Below the pieces are notes generated by a model. That model worked only from the letters and a program-made list of their open reading frames with translations. It had not been told where the DNA came from and ran no database searches. From positions 12,924-76,923 of the forward strand of contig CAYPJA010000008.1 of the NCBI GenBank assembly GCA_964411005.1: DNA of 64,000 bases, written 5' to 3'. Positions 46,640-55,976 of the stretch are shown one piece after another. The DNA is from an uncultured Prevotella sp. GTDB taxonomy: Bacteria; Bacteroidota; Bacteroidia; Bacteroidales; Bacteroidaceae. Each line of letters opens with the position of its first letter. The stretch's first letter is position 1. Position numbers and translations under genes: made by a program.

Positions 46640-48415
46640 TTAATCTTCGTCTCTTTGAATGTAGGCGATGACATCGCCCTTGCGCACCTTTGATCCCTGC
46701 TTGGCCGCTATTTCAACAAGCTTGCCGCCGAGTGCCGCGGGCACTTTGACAAACTCGCCCCAGCCGGCCTGGATGTAGCAGAAGGAGTCGCCCTCCTTGT
46801 AGTCCTTTCCGATGTAAGGCTCTACGGCAGGAGCAGCCTCACCGTCGCCCTGGAACTCCCAGAACACCTGTCCCTTGACGGGGGCCACGATGGCGTCGGC
46901 CTTGGCATGCTTGAAGGCGGCAGCCTCCTCGGGGCTCACCTTGGCACCGAGTTTGGCGTCCTTGGCTTTCTGCAGGTCGGCCAGGAAGTTCTTCTTGGCC
47001 TGTCCGCTCTTGTAGTTGCGATACTGTTCGGGGTGCATGGCCAGCTCGTAGAGCTCTTCGTCGTCCTCGCCGTAGTCCCATCCGTTCTCGTCCATCTCTT
47101 TGCGGAAGTCGTCGAGGGCGTTGGGGAGCAGTGTGTGCGGATCTACGTCGGTGAATTCGCGTCCCTGCTTCTTGGCCAGTTCCTTGATTTCGGGTGCAAT
47201 CTCACCGGGCACTTTGCCGCTCTTGCCGAGAATCATGCCCCACATGGAGTCGTCCATCATCACGAAGCGACCCTTGCCCTGTTCGAGTGTGAGAAGATTC
47301 ATCAGCGCGATGTTCTTCACATACTGTGAGAACGGTGTCACCAGTGGTGGATAGCCTACGCGCGGCCACACATAAGCCACTTCCTCGAAGAGCTTGATGA
47401 GCAGGTCGTCCATGGAGAGCTCGGGCTCTCCTTTCTTCTTGCGCACGTTGTTGATGGTGCCGCGCATGCCGCCGAGATCGGCCATCATGCTGCCCATCAT
47501 GCCGCCCGGCAGACCGCAGGTGAGCAGCAGCGACGACATGATCTTGTTGCCCGGATTGATGAAGTAGCCAAGCCATTCGTCGATGAACTCCTGTGTCATG
47601 GCGCGGGCCTTCATGTAGGCACTCATGTTGATTTCGGGTACGTCGAATCCGGCGTTCTTGAGCATGCTCTGCACGCTGATTATGTCGGGGTGCACCTTGC
47701 CCCATGACAGCGGCTCGATGGCTGTGTCGATGATGTCGGCACCGTTCTCGCAGACCTCCAGCACAGAGGCCATCGACAGACCGGGGCCTGTATGTCCGTG
47801 ATATTCAATGATGATGTCGGGGTGTTTCTCCTTGATCATCTTGGTCAGTTTACCGAGGAAGGCGGGCTGGCCGATGCCGGCCATGTCCTTCAGACATATT
47901 TCCTCAGCACCTGCGGCAATCTCCTCGTCGGCCAGACGTGCATAGTAGTCGAGCGTATGGATGGGGGAGGTGGTGATGCAGAGCGTGCCCTGCGGTGTCA
48001 TGCCGGCCTCCTTGGCCCAGCGAATGGATGGCGCGATGTTGCGGATGTCGTTCAGACCGTCGAAGATACGCGGTATGTCGACGCCTTGAGCGTGCTTCAC
48101 GCGATATTGCAGGGCGCGCACGTCGTCGGGCACGGGATACATGCGCAGGGCGTTGAGACCGCGGTCGAGCATGTGTGTCTTGATGCCAGCCTCATGGAGG
48201 GGCTTGGTGAAGGCGCGCACGGCCTTGTTGGGATTCTCGCCGGCCAGCAGTTGCACCTGCTCAAAGGCACCACCGTTGGTCTCTACACGTGCGAAGCAAC
48301 CCATCTCCACGAAGACCGGCGCGATGCGCGCAAGCTGGTCAGCGCGTGGCTGAAACTTTCCTGAACTTTGCCACATGTCCCGATAGACGAGACTAAACTG
48401 GATTTTCTTTTTCAT
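46640..48415 (-). CDS. Oxaloacetate decarboxylase alpha / pyruvate carboxylase subunit B-like carboxyltransferase
   Basis: RD.WQS, GGA, CLKDMAG, H.H, PGGM, YPPLVTPFSQ motifs. C-terminal biotin/lipoyl-like fold. Confidence 0.85.
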   Translation of the reverse strand: MKKKIQFSLVYRDMWQSSGKFQPRADQLARIAPVFVEMGCFARVETNGGAFEQVQLLAGENPNKAVRAFTKPLHEAGIKTHMLDRGLNALRMYPVPDDVRALQYRVKHAQGVDIPRIFDGLNDIRNIAPSIRWAKEAGMTPQGTLCITTSPIHTLDYYARLADEEIAAGAEEICLKDMAGIGQPAFLGKLTKMIKEKHPDIIIEYHGHTGPGLSMASVLEVCENGADIIDTAIEPLSWGKVHPDIISVQSMLKNAGFDVPEINMSAYMKARAMTQEFIDEWLGYFINPGNKIMSSLLLTCGLPGGMMGSMMADLGGMRGTINNVRKKKGEPELSMDDLLIKLFEEVAYVWPRVGYPPLVTPFSQYVKNIALMNLLTLEQGKGRFVMMDDSMWGMILGKSGKVPGEIAPEIKELAKKQGREFTDVDPHTLLPNALDDFRKEMDENGWDYGEDDEELYELAMHPEQYRNYKSGQAKKNFLADLQKAKDAKLGAKVSPEEAAAFKHAKADAIVAPVKGQVFWEFQGDGEAAPAVEPYIGKDYKEGDSFCYIQAGWGEFVKVPAALGGKLVEIAAKQGSKVRKGDVIAYIQRDED

Positions 48416-48753
48416 TATCTGTTGTTATGCTTGTTTCTTGTGATTTGCTTGTCAGTTATTTTCAGTTGTTCTGCCAAAATAAAAATATCTTGCCAAAATG
48501 AAGCAGTGCAGAAGAGCACAGACTCTTTGCACGGGTGCAAAATTAGAGAAAAAAAATCAAACCTAGGGATGTTGTGCTCGTTTTTTTATGATTTATAACT
48601 ATCTCGTGCGCAAATTATTACTGTTTAGCACGCTGGAAAGTGTCGTTTTGAGAGACTTAAAGCATAAAAACGGGTCTTTATGGTGCAAATAAAGCACTAT
48701 CTTTTGTCCTTTTCGAAAATTAAACGTTACCTTTGCAAACAAAAAGCAACGAA

Positions 48754-49626
48754 ATGGACAACAAGAAACTCATTTATTATATGGCCGCTGCCGTGGCTAT
48801 CATAGGCTGCGTCGTTTATGCCTTCTCTTATTGTACGGGAAGTCCGGGCGACCACGCACGGACTCATTTGGTGACCGACTCCATGCTTCTCCAGGGTGAC
48901 AAGACCGTCTACGGTCTGGCCTGTGAGGGTTGCAACGATACGGTCGTGGTGCTCTTGCCCAACGATGGTGGCGACCCCGTGACCTACAACATCCTCGACG
49001 CCACCCGCCGACACAAAATTCGGGGCAATATCTCCATCGGCGACTGGATCGGAGTGGTGCTGAATCCCACCGACAAGACCAAGGCCGACCTCGTTATCGA
49101 CCTCGATGAGCTGAAAGGCATCTGGTGCTATATTGTCATGCCCAAGATGCGCGACTTCGAACACATGAGCAATCGCAAGCAGGCGCAGGCCCTGGCCGCC
49201 ATGCCCGACTCGGTGAAGCAGACTTATTACATACCGCGCGAGTATGGTTTTTGGCTCCGTCGCCGCTGGCAGGCGCAGAGCGTCGGCTATGTGCAGGAAA
49301 AAACGTCGCTGGAGGAGGAAAGTCCTGTGGTCTATCCGGCGCTGGGCTATTTCACCGGGTGGCATATCTGGAACGGTTATTTCGTGATGGTCAGCGGAAA
49401 GCCGGTCATCGACAAGGATGGTAATTACGGTGTCAGCGAATTGTCTTACGATACGTGTAGCATCGACTATTTGGGCAACGACTCGCTCGTGCTTAGCGAC
49501 CGCGACGGCTCGCGCAGCTATTACCGCAAGAAGGACATCAATGAGGTGAACAAGAAAGCCCGGGAAATGGCCGCCAAACTGTCGCAGCAGGCCCTGGAAA
49601 AGACTACCAGCAACGACAACAACTGA
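48754..49626 (+). CDS. Hypothetical membrane-anchored/exported protein (lipocalin-like C-half possible)
   Basis: N-terminal hydrophobic segment, GD.TVYGLACEGCND motif. Confidence 0.7.
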   Translation: MDNKKLIYYMAAAVAIIGCVVYAFSYCTGSPGDHARTHLVTDSMLLQGDKTVYGLACEGCNDTVVVLLPNDGGDPVTYNILDATRRHKIRGNISIGDWIGVVLNPTDKTKADLVIDLDELKGIWCYIVMPKMRDFEHMSNRKQAQALAAMPDSVKQTYYIPREYGFWLRRRWQAQSVGYVQEKTSLEEESPVVYPALGYFTGWHIWNGYFVMVSGKPVIDKDGNYGVSELSYDTCSIDYLGNDSLVLSDRDGSRSYYRKKDINEVNKKAREMAAKLSQQALEKTTSNDNN

Positions 49627-49654
49627 TTCCGGATTCAGATAGATAGTGAGTTAA

Positions 49655-49895
49655 CTGTCCGCCAAAAGACCGTCAACGACGCAGCAAAAGGTCACTTTTT
49701 GCCTTTCAATTTGCCGTCTCCTGCAGTGTCGTTGACGGTCTTTTGCAAGGCCGGAAGCCGCTTTTTACACCTTGTTGAGGGTGTCTGGCGGAACGTGTGA
49801 CGAAAGATGGCCGGAAAAATACGAAAAAAGGAGGAGCGTCTCTGCTCCTCCTGCTATGCAAAAGATAATGTTTTTGCGTGACAAGGCCAAATGGA
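49655..49895 (-). repeat. Dispersed intergenic element copy 3
   Basis: Minus strand TTTG-N20-TATCTTTTG, AGGAGGAGC-AGAGAC-GCTCCTCCT-TTTTT, then 22-bp-period units including GCAAAAGACCGTCAACGACACT and its inverted copy. Confidence 0.65.
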
Positions 49896-49942
49896 TGGCC
49901 CAAAAAGTTGACGGATACGCCGCCTTCAGAACATGCCTGCCC

Positions 49943-49987
49943 CGTCTCAGATGAGGGCAGCTACGTCTCAGATGAGGGCGGCTACGT
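49943..49987. repeat. 2 x 21-bp tandem duplication just downstream of the dnaX stop
   Basis: CGTCTCAGATGAGGGCAGCTA CGTCTCAGATGAGGGCGGCTA CGT. Confidence 0.8.
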
Positions 49988-49988
49988 G

Positions 49989-51800
49989 TCAAGCCAGTTC
50001 GAGATGAAGCAGCTCACGTAATTTCTCGATGGCGGGATTGCTGCGTCGCAGCTCGTCGAATATCTCACGCTTGGTGAGCACCTTCCTGATCTCGTCGCCC
50101 TCGGTGAGACGCAAGTTGATGTTGATGTTGGCGTTGTGGAGGGCGGAGGCCAAGGTGGCACGGATGCGGCCCTTGATGTTTTCTATCTGCCGCAACAGGA
50201 TATCGTTGTCGACCGTCACCTCGATGTTGGGATATTGGGTGATGCGTGGTGTGAGGTTTTTCATGCGCATGGCCATTCCCACCATTTCTTTCGGCATGCG
50301 GTTGCACATCGAAAGCCATTGCAGCAACAGGTCGTCATCGTTGAAATTCCTGTCCTCGCCGGGATTCTCTATTTCCGGCTCCTGCTGATAGACAGGCTTC
50401 TCGGGACCCTTCCGGAGGTCATCGAATGTCATGCCTATGGCTGACAACTTGAACTTGAACTTGGGCTTGGTGCCGGTTGGCGCTTTCGCCGCCGGTGTCG
50501 CCGCAATGGGGCTCGCGGTCGTGGCCGTGATGGCCGGTTCGGCCGTCGTCTCCTCCTTTTTTGGAGTGTCGCCAGCGGTCGTGTGGTGTGCGCGTCTTCT
50601 ATCGTCGGCACCCTGCTGGGCCGGCTTTGACGCGTTCACCAATCTTTTGAACAGGGATTTCAAGCGCTTGGGGCTAAGCCCCGCGGCAGGGGTGTCGCCC
50701 TCTGCGGGCTGCGTGATCTGCGCCACCTCGATGAGAGTGAGCTCTACCAGCAGTCGCTTGTTGCTGCTCTGTCGGTAGTTGATGTCGCAGCGGTTCATGA
50801 TTTCCAATGCCTTATAGAGGAAGGTGGTGGGGCATTTTTGTGCTTGGTCGCGGTAGTGGTCGCGCTGTCGGTCGCTGGTCTCCAGCAGGGGAAGCGTCTC
50901 GGCGTTCTTGGCCATGAGCACGTTGCGCACGTGGGAGGCAAGTCCGCCCACGAGATTGCCGCCGTCGAAACCTTTGGCGATGATGCCGTTGAGTAGCACC
51001 ATGATGTCGCTCACCTTGTTCTCCAGAGCGAGGTCGATAATCTTGAAATAGTTGTCAGTGTCGAGTACGTTGAGGTCTTCAAGCACTTTCTCGTAGGTGA
51101 TGTGCCCCTGACAGAAGCTGGAAGCCTGGTCGAAGATGGACAGAGCGTCGCGCATGCCGCCGTCGGCCTTTTCGGCAATGATGCCCAAAGCCTCTTCTTC
51201 GAAGCTGATGCCTTCCCTTTGCGCCACCATCTTCAGATGGTTGATGATGCCGGGCACGGTCATGCGCTCGAAGTCGTATATCTGGCAACGTGACAGAATG
51301 GTGGGCAGAATCTTGTGCTTCTCGGTGGTAGCGAGGATGAAGATGACGTGTGCGGGTGGTTCCTCCAAGGTCTTCAGGAACGCGTTGAAAGCCGCCTGCG
51401 ACAGCATGTGCACCTCGTCGATGATGAACACCTTGTAGCGGCCGGTCTGCGGCGGTATGCGCGTCTGCTCCATGAGCTGCTTGATGTTCTCCACGGAGTT
51501 GTTGGAGGCGGCGTCGAGCTCAAAGATGTTGAACGAGCGACCCTCGTTGAAAGCCTTGCAACTCTCACATTCGTTGCAGGCCTCACCGTCGGCGGTGGGA
51601 TGTTGGCAGTTGATAGCCTTGGCGAAGATGCGGGCACACGTAGTCTTGCCGACACCGCGCGGGCCGCAGAACAGGTAGGCATGAGCCAGCTTGCCGCTCT
51701 TGACCGCATTCTTCAGCGTCGTCGTCAGGGCACTCTGTCCCACGACGGAGTCGAATGTCATCGGGCGGTACTTGCGGGCCGAAACGATATATTCTTCCAT
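49989..51800 (-). CDS. dnaX: DNA polymerase III subunit gamma/tau
   Basis: ARKYRP..F, GPRGVGKTT, ELDAASN, IIDEVHMLS, SRC, GGMRDALS motifs. Confidence 0.96.
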   Translation of the reverse strand: MEEYIVSARKYRPMTFDSVVGQSALTTTLKNAVKSGKLAHAYLFCGPRGVGKTTCARIFAKAINCQHPTADGEACNECESCKAFNEGRSFNIFELDAASNNSVENIKQLMEQTRIPPQTGRYKVFIIDEVHMLSQAAFNAFLKTLEEPPAHVIFILATTEKHKILPTILSRCQIYDFERMTVPGIINHLKMVAQREGISFEEEALGIIAEKADGGMRDALSIFDQASSFCQGHITYEKVLEDLNVLDTDNYFKIIDLALENKVSDIMVLLNGIIAKGFDGGNLVGGLASHVRNVLMAKNAETLPLLETSDRQRDHYRDQAQKCPTTFLYKALEIMNRCDINYRQSSNKRLLVELTLIEVAQITQPAEGDTPAAGLSPKRLKSLFKRLVNASKPAQQGADDRRRAHHTTAGDTPKKEETTAEPAITATTASPIAATPAAKAPTGTKPKFKFKLSAIGMTFDDLRKGPEKPVYQQEPEIENPGEDRNFNDDDLLLQWLSMCNRMPKEMVGMAMRMKNLTPRITQYPNIEVTVDNDILLRQIENIKGRIRATLASALHNANININLRLTEGDEIRKVLTKREIFDELRRSNPAIEKLRELLHLELA

Positions 51801-52096
51801 AAACAGATTGTTTGCGTTGCAAAAGTAGCAAAAAAAAAGCAAATGCCATGGCTCTAGCACTCAAAAAAAACGGTTGTCATCCGCATGTTGACAAGATGAT
51901 GGCTCTATATTAAATAAGGTGAGCCCTTCATTCTTCCTGTTTTCGAGGATGTCGTCGATGTCGGCCACGGTGTGAATTTATCGTTAACTTCTCATAAGGG
52001 AAGGCTGCACAGGGAGATGTGTGGTGAAAAAAAAACGCTGTTTTTCTTTTGCCGTTTCACACGTTTGCACTAACTTTGCAGCAGGAATAACCAAGT

Positions 52097-52441
52097 ATGT
52101 CAAAAAAACTCGGTGTTATATGGAACGTCATCTCCCGCTACAAATATCTGATAGTTGTGGTGTTGGGAGTCGTCTTCGTGGGCTTTGCCGACGAAAACAG
52201 CTACATGCGTATGGTGCGTTTGGAGCTGCAGATTGCCGACTTGCAGGAAGAGATAGACAAGTATAATGCGCAATATGAGAAAGATTCGCGTCAGCTGCAG
52301 GAACTGCGGCGCAATCCGCATGCCATTGAGAAAATCGCCCGTGAGCGCTATTTCATGAAGGCTGACGACGAGGATATCTATGTGCTCAGCGACGATGAGC
52401 AGCCTTTTGCGCGCACCGGGGGAGATAATTCGGAGAAATGA
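52097..52441 (+). CDS. Septum formation initiator (FtsB/DivIC family)
   Basis: TM, coiled coil, IEKIARE.YFM...DEDIY. Confidence 0.85.
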   Translation: MSKKLGVIWNVISRYKYLIVVVLGVVFVGFADENSYMRMVRLELQIADLQEEIDKYNAQYEKDSRQLQELRRNPHAIEKIARERYFMKADDEDIYVLSDDEQPFARTGGDNSEK

Positions 52442-52869
52442 GAGAATTGAAACAGTGGCAGAACATCCTGTTCCTCGTCGGCGGTGCGCTGATGGTGGTT
52501 GGGGCCGGATGCTTTTCAGTTGTCCTTTGGAATGCCGACATCCAGCGCGTGGCCTGCTGGGTGTTTTTGGTGGGTGCGGTGCTGTTCACCGTCATGCAAG
52601 TGATGCAGGTCTATGATGGCCGCAGTTTTGTCGTGCGCAGACTCAAGCGCATTCAGGGAATAGCTGACTTGCTGTTTCTGGTGTCGGGATTCTTGATGGT
52701 TGACCGCGTGTATGCTTTGCTGCGGCCGTTCTTCGTCACGGATGTCGATTATCTTAATACCATTGGCAACAAATGGGTGTTGGCCTTACTTATAGCCGCC
52801 ATTTTGGAAATGTATACCGCCACACGCATCTCGTCGGAACTGAAGAAGGAAAGAGAGTACGACGAATAA
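52438..52869 (+). CDS. Hypothetical 4-TM membrane protein
   Basis: Hydrophobic helices; ATGA overlap with the upstream gene. Confidence 0.75.
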   Translation: MRELKQWQNILFLVGGALMVVGAGCFSVVLWNADIQRVACWVFLVGAVLFTVMQVMQVYDGRSFVVRRLKRIQGIADLLFLVSGFLMVDRVYALLRPFFVTDVDYLNTIGNKWVLALLIAAILEMYTATRISSELKKEREYDE

Positions 52870-52980
52870 TTGCAAAAAAAAATATAAAAGTAAGGGAAAG
52901 AGATTTAAATAGCATAAAAATCCTTTCCCACTTGAACAAATGGCCGTATCTTTGTGAAACGAACAAGACAAGACTCGTTT

Positions 52981-53757
52981 ATGAATAAAGTTCTATACGT
53001 TTTCCTTACCATCGGATTCTTTTCCTCTTGCGCCAACAGCTATTATATAAAAGGTACTTCGAGCGACTCGAATCTTGAGGACAGCAAGATCTACCTGACC
53101 ATCATGCACAACGACGAGCCGAAGAACATCGACTCGTGTGAGGTTGTCCATGGGCAGTTTTCTTTCTCCGGCACAATCGATTCGGTGCGTGTGGCCCAGA
53201 TAGGTGCCTTGCCCGTGGTGCTTGAGAAGGGCGACATCACAGTCAAGGATGACAATACTATGCAGGCAGCTACCGGAACACCGCTCAATGACAAGCTTTC
53301 CGACTTCATGGGCAAGTTTCAGCAGCTCATGAATCAGTCGGCTGAGTTGCAGCGCAGGCCTTATCAGGCCATGATGAACGGCGAGGATCTCAACGCCGTG
53401 GAGGTGGAGATGCAGAAAGAGAGCGCGAGACTTGACGAGCAGACCGACAAGTTACTGACGAGTTTTGTTACGGAGAATTTTGACAATGTGCTTGGTCCGT
53501 GGGTGTTCATCAACGCTTGTGCCATGAAATTTAGGGGTACGCCCATGCTCGATGCTTGGGTGGAGGACATCATGAGCAAGGCCACACCGGCCTTCAAGAA
53601 TGACCCGATGGTGCGCGAATATTACCATAAAGCCCAGCAGAACGAGAAGATTATGAACGGTCTGGATCAGTCTCCGGCGACGTCGGCTGCGGCTGGTACG
53701 GGCTTGGATGTGCCCACGCCGAATGAGTTGGCCGCTCCCAAAGACACGGTCAAATAG
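52981..53757 (+). CDS. DUF4369-domain lipoprotein
   Basis: Lipobox FSSC, DSC.V.HG.FSF.G.IDS, V.E.G.I, GTPLND motifs. Confidence 0.8.
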   Translation: MNKVLYVFLTIGFFSSCANSYYIKGTSSDSNLEDSKIYLTIMHNDEPKNIDSCEVVHGQFSFSGTIDSVRVAQIGALPVVLEKGDITVKDDNTMQAATGTPLNDKLSDFMGKFQQLMNQSAELQRRPYQAMMNGEDLNAVEVEMQKESARLDEQTDKLLTSFVTENFDNVLGPWVFINACAMKFRGTPMLDAWVEDIMSKATPAFKNDPMVREYYHKAQQNEKIMNGLDQSPATSAAAGTGLDVPTPNELAAPKDTVK

Positions 53758-53787
53758 ACACGGCGTGGAGAATGAAATAGAAAAAAT

Positions 53788-55155
53788 ATGAGAACATTGG
53801 TTTACGGCGGACGGATAGTCAACGAGGGACAGACCTTTCAAGGGGCTGTTGTCATTGAGGATGACCGTATTGCCGATATGGCCGAAACGGCACAGAAGCC
53901 CCGTGGAATCTACGACAGGGAAGTAGATGCCACGGGGTGTTTTGTAATGCCTGGCATCATAGACAACCACGTGCATTTCCGGGAGCCGGGATTGACACGG
54001 AAGGCTGACATCAGCAGTGAGAGTCGTGCGGCGGCCTACGGCGGCGTGACCACCTATTTTGAGATGCCCAACACCGTGCCGCAGACAACAACGCTGGAGG
54101 CTTGGGTCGACAAGCAGCGGCGAGGTGCCCGGGAGAGCCACGTCAACTATGCCTTCTTCTTTGGTGCGACCAACGACAACGTGCAGCTCTTTGCACGTCT
54201 CGACCGTCGACGCATACCGGGCATCAAACTTTTCATGGGTAGTTCGACGGGCAACATGCTTGTGGATTGTAGGGAATCGCTTGCGGCCGTCTTTCAGACA
54301 GCCCACGACCTGGGGCTGCCTGTGATGGCTCACTGCGAGGACAGTGGCATCATCGACCGCAACATGCGTGTGGCTCAGGAAGCCTATGGCGACGATCCTC
54401 CCGTAAGTCAGCATGCGTTCATCCGGTCGGAGGAGGCGTGCTGGCAATCGTCGAGTCTGGCAGTCAGTCTGGCTCGTGAGTATGGCACACGTCTGCACAT
54501 AGCACACGTGTCGACAGCCCGTGAGCTGTCGCTCTTCGAACCGTGGACGAACGGAGGTGGGCAACCGTTACCAGCCGTCACAGGAGAAGCTGTCATCGCA
54601 CATCTATGCTTCTCCAATGCTGACTATCAGACGTTGGGGGCACTCATCAAGTGCAATCCCTCGGTGAAGACTCCCGAAGACCGGGCGGTGCTTCGACATG
54701 CCTTGATGGATGGACGCATCACGACCGTGGCCACTGACCATGCGCCACATCTGCGCGCTGAGAAAGAGGGTGGGGCGGCCAAGGCGGCATCAGGCATGCC
54801 CATGGTGCAGTTTTCGCTCGTCTCCATGCTTGACCTTGTTGACGCGGGCGTGCTGACGCTGGAGCGGGTTGTCGAACTGATGTGTCACAACCCGGCGCGT
54901 CTCTTCTGCGTGGACGGGCGTGGATACTTGCGCCCTGGATATAAGGCGGACCTTGCCATCGTTAGGCCAAATGCCCGCTGGACGCTGGCAGAGGGTGACA
55001 TACAGAGCAAATGCGGATGGAGTCCGCTCACTGGGCATGAGTTCAAATGGCAGGTGCAATCGACCATCTGCAACGGTCACCTTATCTATCATAAGGGTGT
55101 ATTCGACGCGGACAGCCGCGGTGAGGCAGTCGCCTTTAGGGAGCATGGTGAATGA
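53788..55155 (+). CDS. pyrC: Dihydroorotase
   Basis: PG.ID.HVHFREPG, EMPNT, KLFMGSSTG, AHCED, KCNP, ATDHAPH motifs. Confidence 0.92.
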   Translation: MRTLVYGGRIVNEGQTFQGAVVIEDDRIADMAETAQKPRGIYDREVDATGCFVMPGIIDNHVHFREPGLTRKADISSESRAAAYGGVTTYFEMPNTVPQTTTLEAWVDKQRRGARESHVNYAFFFGATNDNVQLFARLDRRRIPGIKLFMGSSTGNMLVDCRESLAAVFQTAHDLGLPVMAHCEDSGIIDRNMRVAQEAYGDDPPVSQHAFIRSEEACWQSSSLAVSLAREYGTRLHIAHVSTARELSLFEPWTNGGGQPLPAVTGEAVIAHLCFSNADYQTLGALIKCNPSVKTPEDRAVLRHALMDGRITTVATDHAPHLRAEKEGGAAKAASGMPMVQFSLVSMLDLVDAGVLTLERVVELMCHNPARLFCVDGRGYLRPGYKADLAIVRPNARWTLAEGDIQSKCGWSPLTGHEFKWQVQSTICNGHLIYHKGVFDADSRGEAVAFREHGE

Positions 55156-55976
55156 TGATGCGCAAGGTTCTGACATATTCCATCAGTTGCATCAAGCCCT
55201 ATATCAATTGGATTTACTTCTATTACGCCTGGGGCATGAACGGAAAGCCGGCTGAAGCCAAACAGCAGTTGCGCGCCGATGCCGAAGCGATGTTACAAGG
55301 ATGGGAAGAACACTATCATACCCATGCGGTGTTTGGGATTTACCCGGCCAACAGCGATGGTGACGACCTTATTCTTGACGGGGTACGCATTCCCATGTTG
55401 AGACAACAGAAGCCGATGGCTCCGGGTAACCCTAATCTTTGCCTGTCTGATTTCGTGCGTCCGTTGTCGTCGGGACGTTCTGACACTGTCGGTGCCTTTG
55501 CCACAACTGTCGATGCCGGCATGGAGCGTGGCCCGGCTGGTGATGCCTACGGGCAGATGATGGCGCAGGTGCTGGCTGACCGTCTTGCTGAAGGTACGGC
55601 CGAGCGCATGCATGAAGAGGTGCGCCGCGTTTATTGGGGATATGCGCCCGACGAGCAATTGACGATGGAGGAGACGCACCAAGAGCACTATCAGGGCATC
55701 CGTCCTGCCGTGGGCTATCCGTCGCTGCCAGACACGAGCATCAATTTTGTCCTTTCCGACCTCATCGGCATGAAGGATATCGGCATACGGCTCACTGCCA
55801 GCGGTATGATGCAGCCACACGCCAGTGTGTCGGGATTGATGCTGGCCCATCCGAAGGCTCGCTATTTCGACTTGGGAAGAATAGGTGAGGATCAGTTGTG
55901 CGATTATGCGCGACGGCGTGGTATTCCCGTGACGCTCATGCGGCGCTTTTTGGGCAATAAATTAAGCAGTCAATGA
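55152..55976 (+). CDS. Stand-alone B12-dependent methionine synthase reactivation domain
   Basis: YI.W..F...W, LRQQ, L.DF, LADRLAE..AE, YWGY, GIRPAVGYPS, M.P.ASVSG motifs. Confidence 0.85.
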   Translation: MMMRKVLTYSISCIKPYINWIYFYYAWGMNGKPAEAKQQLRADAEAMLQGWEEHYHTHAVFGIYPANSDGDDLILDGVRIPMLRQQKPMAPGNPNLCLSDFVRPLSSGRSDTVGAFATTVDAGMERGPAGDAYGQMMAQVLADRLAEGTAERMHEEVRRVYWGYAPDEQLTMEETHQEHYQGIRPAVGYPSLPDTSINFVLSDLIGMKDIGIRLTASGMMQPHASVSGLMLAHPKARYFDLGRIGEDQLCDYARRRGIPVTLMRRFLGNKLSSQ

